Sequence record: SRR20825006_2358
DNA: 40,570 nucleotides
Reading direction: 5' to 3' (one strand)
Shown: positions 37,031-40,570 of the stretch, in pieces
How positions within the stretch are numbered: the stretch's first letter is position 1
How the letters are laid out: each line of letters starts with the position of its first letter
Notes under the pieces: generated by a model
The model's input: the letters and a program-made list of their open reading frames with translations, nothing else
Databases searched by the model: none
What the model was told of the DNA's origin: nothing
Translations under genes and position numbers: made by a program

Positions 37031-39007
37031 ATGGCTGACGATGTGTTCAAACCCAAGCTTGGCAAGATCCGCTCGCGTGGCGGCAAGGGCGGACGCAAGT
37101 TCCTGCATCGGGTGTTGGCAGCGACCAATCGGGCAGGGGGATATCGGCGTTTGGGCCGGTCGCGCTTTACCGGCAGTCGACTGGGGCGCGCGAGCGGGGC
37201 TGGGCAGGTGCTCGCAAATCGTGATCATTATGCTGCCTTCCGACAGCGTCGGGTTATTATCAAATCACGGATTGTCCGGCTGGCGGGAAAAGGCATGCAG
37301 GGCGCACGGGCGCATCTGCGCTATATCCAGCGCGACGGCGTTACAAGAGAAGGTTTGCCAGGGGAACTTTACAATGCCGATCAGGATCGGGCGGATGGCA
37401 AAGAATTCCTCGAGCGGGCCGATGGCGACCGGCATCAGTTCCGCTTTATCGTCTCGGCCGAGGACGGCGCAGAATATGCCGATCTCAAACCCGTCACCCG
37501 GCGGCTGATGAGGCAGATGGAAAACGACCTTGGTACGACACTCGACTGGGTCGCGGTCGATCATTTCAATACCGGCCATCCTCATACCCATATTTTGATG
37601 CGCGGTAAGGATGATCAGGGGCGCGATCTGGTTATTGCCCGCAACTATATGTCACGCGGCATGCGCGAGCGGGCGGCCGAGATTGTCAGCCTCGATCTCG
37701 GGCCGCGTACCGATCTGGAAATTGAAAATCGGTTGCGACGTGAAATCGATCAGGACCGCTTGACCAGTATTGATCGAAATATGCTGCGTCAGGTGGGCGA
37801 GGACCGGATTGTCAGTGCAGCAGATAAAGATGCCTTTCGTCAGAGCCTGCGGGCAGGCCGTTTGCAAAAGCTCAAACGCCTCGGACTGGCCGAGGAGATA
37901 ACCCCCGGTCAATGGCGACTTGAGGAAGGTCTGGCAGCAACGTTATCCCGGATGGGCGAATGCGATGACATCATCAAGACCCTGCATCGGGAAATGAAAC
38001 GCCGGGAAATTACCCGTAGCCCCGCCGATTTTGTAATCAATTCCGTACATGAACCGGACAAACAACCCATCATCGGTCGTGTTGTCACACGCGGCCTGTC
38101 GGATGAGCTGAACGACCGGCATTACCTGATCGTCGATGGGGTGGATGGCAAGACCCGCTATGTCGAGATTGGCAAAGGGGAGGCGACCGAGCTGGTTCCG
38201 GAAGACAGCATTGTTCATATCTCGCCAAGAAACGTCCAGCCCCGGAAAGTTGATCGCACGGTGGCCGAGATCGCCTGGGAAAATGACGGACGTTATAGCA
38301 TCGACGTGCATCTGGAGCATGATCCGACGGCGACAGAAGAATATGCTCAGGCCCATGTCCGGCGGCTGGAAGCCATGCGTCGGTTAACCCAAGGTGTAGA
38401 ACGTGAGCCAGATGGGACATGGATCATCACACCTGATCATCTGGAAAAGGCTGTTGAATATGAACGGGAGCGCGGCAAATCTTCGCCGGTGATCATCCGG
38501 CAACTATCCCACTTGTCGCTTGGACAGCAATTGGAAAGTGATGGGGCGACCTGGCTGGATCGAGAGTTGGTAGGTTCAGACCCGGTTCATGTCCGTGACG
38601 CGGGTTTTGGTCGGGAGGTACGCGACGCTCAGGCCAGACGTCGGCAATGGCTAATTGCCCAAGGACTGGCGCGTCAGGAGCAGGACCGGATCATCTATCG
38701 TTCCGACATGATCGATACATTGCAAAAGCGGGAACTGGCGCGTATGGCCCGACAGCTTTCGAAAGAACTCGGGTTGCATTATGTCGAGACCGGTTCAGGC
38801 GAGCGCGTGGAGGGAACATTACGGCGCTCGGTCGAGCTTGCCAGCAGGAAATATGCGCTTATTGAAAAGAGCCAGGAGTTTACGCTTGTTCCATGGCGGC
38901 CCGTGCTGGCGCGTCAGCTTGGCAAGCAGGTGTCGGGGATTATGTGTGACGGGAATACGATATCATGGGCTATTGGCAGGCAGAGAGGTGGCCCGTCTGT
39001 TTCATGA
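37031..39007 (+). CDS. rlxS: Relaxase RlxS (MOBP/VirD2-like plus DUF3363)
   Basis: HLRYIQRDG, DRHQFRFIVSAEDG, DWVAVDHFNTGHPHTH, GATWLDREL, FTLVPWRP. Confidence 0.92.
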   Translation: MADDVFKPKLGKIRSRGGKGGRKFLHRVLAATNRAGGYRRLGRSRFTGSRLGRASGAGQVLANRDHYAAFRQRRVIIKSRIVRLAGKGMQGARAHLRYIQRDGVTREGLPGELYNADQDRADGKEFLERADGDRHQFRFIVSAEDGAEYADLKPVTRRLMRQMENDLGTTLDWVAVDHFNTGHPHTHILMRGKDDQGRDLVIARNYMSRGMRERAAEIVSLDLGPRTDLEIENRLRREIDQDRLTSIDRNMLRQVGEDRIVSAADKDAFRQSLRAGRLQKLKRLGLAEEITPGQWRLEEGLAATLSRMGECDDIIKTLHREMKRREITRSPADFVINSVHEPDKQPIIGRVVTRGLSDELNDRHYLIVDGVDGKTRYVEIGKGEATELVPEDSIVHISPRNVQPRKVDRTVAEIAWENDGRYSIDVHLEHDPTATEEYAQAHVRRLEAMRRLTQGVEREPDGTWIITPDHLEKAVEYERERGKSSPVIIRQLSHLSLGQQLESDGATWLDRELVGSDPVHVRDAGFGREVRDAQARRRQWLIAQGLARQEQDRIIYRSDMIDTLQKRELARMARQLSKELGLHYVETGSGERVEGTLRRSVELASRKYALIEKSQEFTLVPWRPVLARQLGKQVSGIMCDGNTISWAIGRQRGGPSVS

Positions 39008-39246
39008 TTTCGGGCACTTGTTGTTGAACGATACTCCATCAACATTTTGGAAGAGAGAATATAGGTTGTTAAGTAATTAGTGGCGGTTTGACCTATCGTT
39101 GTGATGAGGACGATGTCGAAATCCTGCGCGGCAATGACGCCGACTGAATCGCATTGGAGGCGACCTTGGCAACCAGCGTCATGCACGGTGACATCGTGCG
39201 CATTGCCGAACGGTGTTTCTGACGGGTGTGCAGGCCACCCAAATTT

Positions 39247-40570
39247 TCAGGCCGCGTTTTCAATGGCCGATCTGGCGACGAAATGATGGGCGGCGACCTG
39301 TTGAAGATCGGCAAAATCGGGTTGATAATCCAGACCATGCACCGGGCTTGGTACTTCGCCGGTAATCAGGTTGAAATGCTGGCGCCGTTTTCTGGGATCG
39401 GGGATCGGAACGGCGGACATCAGCTTTTTGGTATAGGGGTGCTGCGGGTTTTCAAACACCGCCCGACGCGGCCCGATTTCAACAATCTGGCCCATATACA
39501 TCACCGCGACCCGGTGGCTGATCTGTTCGACCACGGCCATATCATGGGAAATAAACAGGTATGAAATCCCGATTTCCGCCTGAAGCTCGCCCAACAGATC
39601 CAGAACCTGCGCCTGTACCGAAACATCAAGAGCCGATACAGACTCATCGGCAATGATCACCTTGGGCGATAAGCTCAATGCCCGGGCAATACAGACGCGC
39701 TGGCGCTGCCCGCCGGAAAATTCGTGCGGATGGCGGGTGGCGGCATCGACGGGCAACCCGACCCGATTAAACAGATACTCCACCCGGTCATCAAGCTCCG
39801 CCCCCTTGGCCAGACCATGGATCACCAGCGGTTCTGCCACCAATTCACCGACCGTCATGCGCGGATCAAGCGACGCATAGGGATCTTGGAAAATCATTTG
39901 AACGTTTCGGCGCACCGCCCGGGTTTGCAGCCGCGAGGTCGCATCGATTTCACGCCCGTCAATCACCACTTCGCCCTGCCACGGGATCAAATTCATCAAG
40001 GCCCGGCCGGTGGTCGATTTACCACACCCACTTTCGCCAACTATTGAAAGCGTCTCGCCGGGGAAGATATCGAAGCTGACCTTTTCGACCGCATGAACCC
40101 GTTTTTGCACGCGTTGCAACAACCCGCCCTTGATATCGAACCGTACGGTCAAATCACGCACCGAAACAAGCGGCTTGGCCAAGCCAAGATCAAGCGCCTT
40201 TCGGTCCGTACTTGCCGGGCCTTCGGTCCCGGTCATCGCACCAAGACGGGGCACGGCGGCCAAAAGGCCGCGGGTATAGGCATCACTCGGGGCTTCAAAC
40301 ACCTCAGTGACCGTCCCACTTTCGACCACCTTGCCCTGGTTCATGACAATCACCCGGTCGGCCATTTCGGCGACAACCCCCATATCGTGGGTGATCAGAA
40401 TGATGGCGGTGCCGGTTTCGCGTTGCAGATCGCGCATTAACCCCAAAATCTGTGCCTGAATCGTCACATCAAGGGCCGTAGTTGGCTCATCGGCAATCAG
40501 GACATCGGGGTTGCAGGCCAACGCCATGGCAATCATCACCCGCTGGCGCATGCCGCCCGACAGTTCATGG
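39247..40570 (-). CDS. Peptide/glutathione ABC transporter ATP-binding protein with two ATPase domains, 5' partial
   Basis: [39 protein letters not shown]; the frame is open to the window end. Confidence 0.92.
   Translation of the reverse strand, partial: HELSGGMRQRVMIAMALACNPDVLIADEPTTALDVTIQAQILGLMRDLQRETGTAIILITHDMGVVAEMADRVIVMNQGKVVESGTVTEVFEAPSDAYTRGLLAAVPRLGAMTGTEGPASTDRKALDLGLAKPLVSVRDLTVRFDIKGGLLQRVQKRVHAVEKVSFDIFPGETLSIVGESGCGKSTTGRALMNLIPWQGEVVIDGREIDATSRLQTRAVRRNVQMIFQDPYASLDPRMTVGELVAEPLVIHGLAKGAELDDRVEYLFNRVGLPVDAATRHPHEFSGGQRQRVCIARALSLSPKVIIADESVSALDVSVQAQVLDLLGELQAEIGISYLFISHDMAVVEQISHRVAVMYMGQIVEIGPRRAVFENPQHPYTKKLMSAVPIPDPRKRRQHFNLITGEVPSPVHGLDYQPDFADLQQVAAHHFVARSAIENAA

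Larger units (their letters stand above)
24199..39007. mobile_element. Core of an ICEMlSym/Tn4371-like integrative conjugative element (regulation, leading region, oriT/relaxase)
   Basis: Gene set and order: luxR-luxI-fseA-qseM-qseC-ardC-DUF2958-parB ... DUF736-rdfS-traF-transglycosylase-rlxS. No integrase, att site or T4SS is visible in the window, so the true ends are unknown. Confidence 0.85.

Noticed and set aside
39093-39233. Possible gene relic after rlxS (DEDDVEILRGNDAD*IALEATL...)
   Set aside because: Too short to assign to any family.

Overview
Alphaproteobacterial accessory region in three blocks. (1) About 1-23990 is a metal-homeostasis plus polyhydroxyalkanoate (PHA) cargo island. 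It carries two intact CorE-like (ECF44/ECF238, CxC linker plus C-terminal Cys-rich domain) sigma factors, one decayed copy and one sigma4-only derivative. It also carries two DMT exporters, an atypical CDF, phaB-phaA, phasin, YHS proteins, a DUF3141 hydrolase, ackA, pta, phaC, fabI and a copA-type P1B-ATPase operon. Four operons in this block are preceded by the same ECF-type promoter, TGTAAC-N16/17-CGTC. One sigma gene has a perfect FNR/FixK box, and several PHA enzymes carry extra Cys clusters. Together this suggests an O2- and metal-gated regulon that couples PHA synthesis to copper efflux (inference). (2) About 24200-39007 is a high-GC core of an ICEMlSym/Tn4371-like ICE: 5'-truncated abiEii, luxR-luxI, frameshifted fseA, qseM/qseC, ardC, DUF2958, parB, a Schlafen/AlbA_2 gene, DUF736, rdfS-traF-lytic transglycosylase, a candidate oriT and rlxS. 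It is joined to block 1 by an IS3-family remnant. (3) 39247-end is a 5'-partial peptide ABC transporter ATPase. All family assignments come from recognising motifs by eye, not from database searches.
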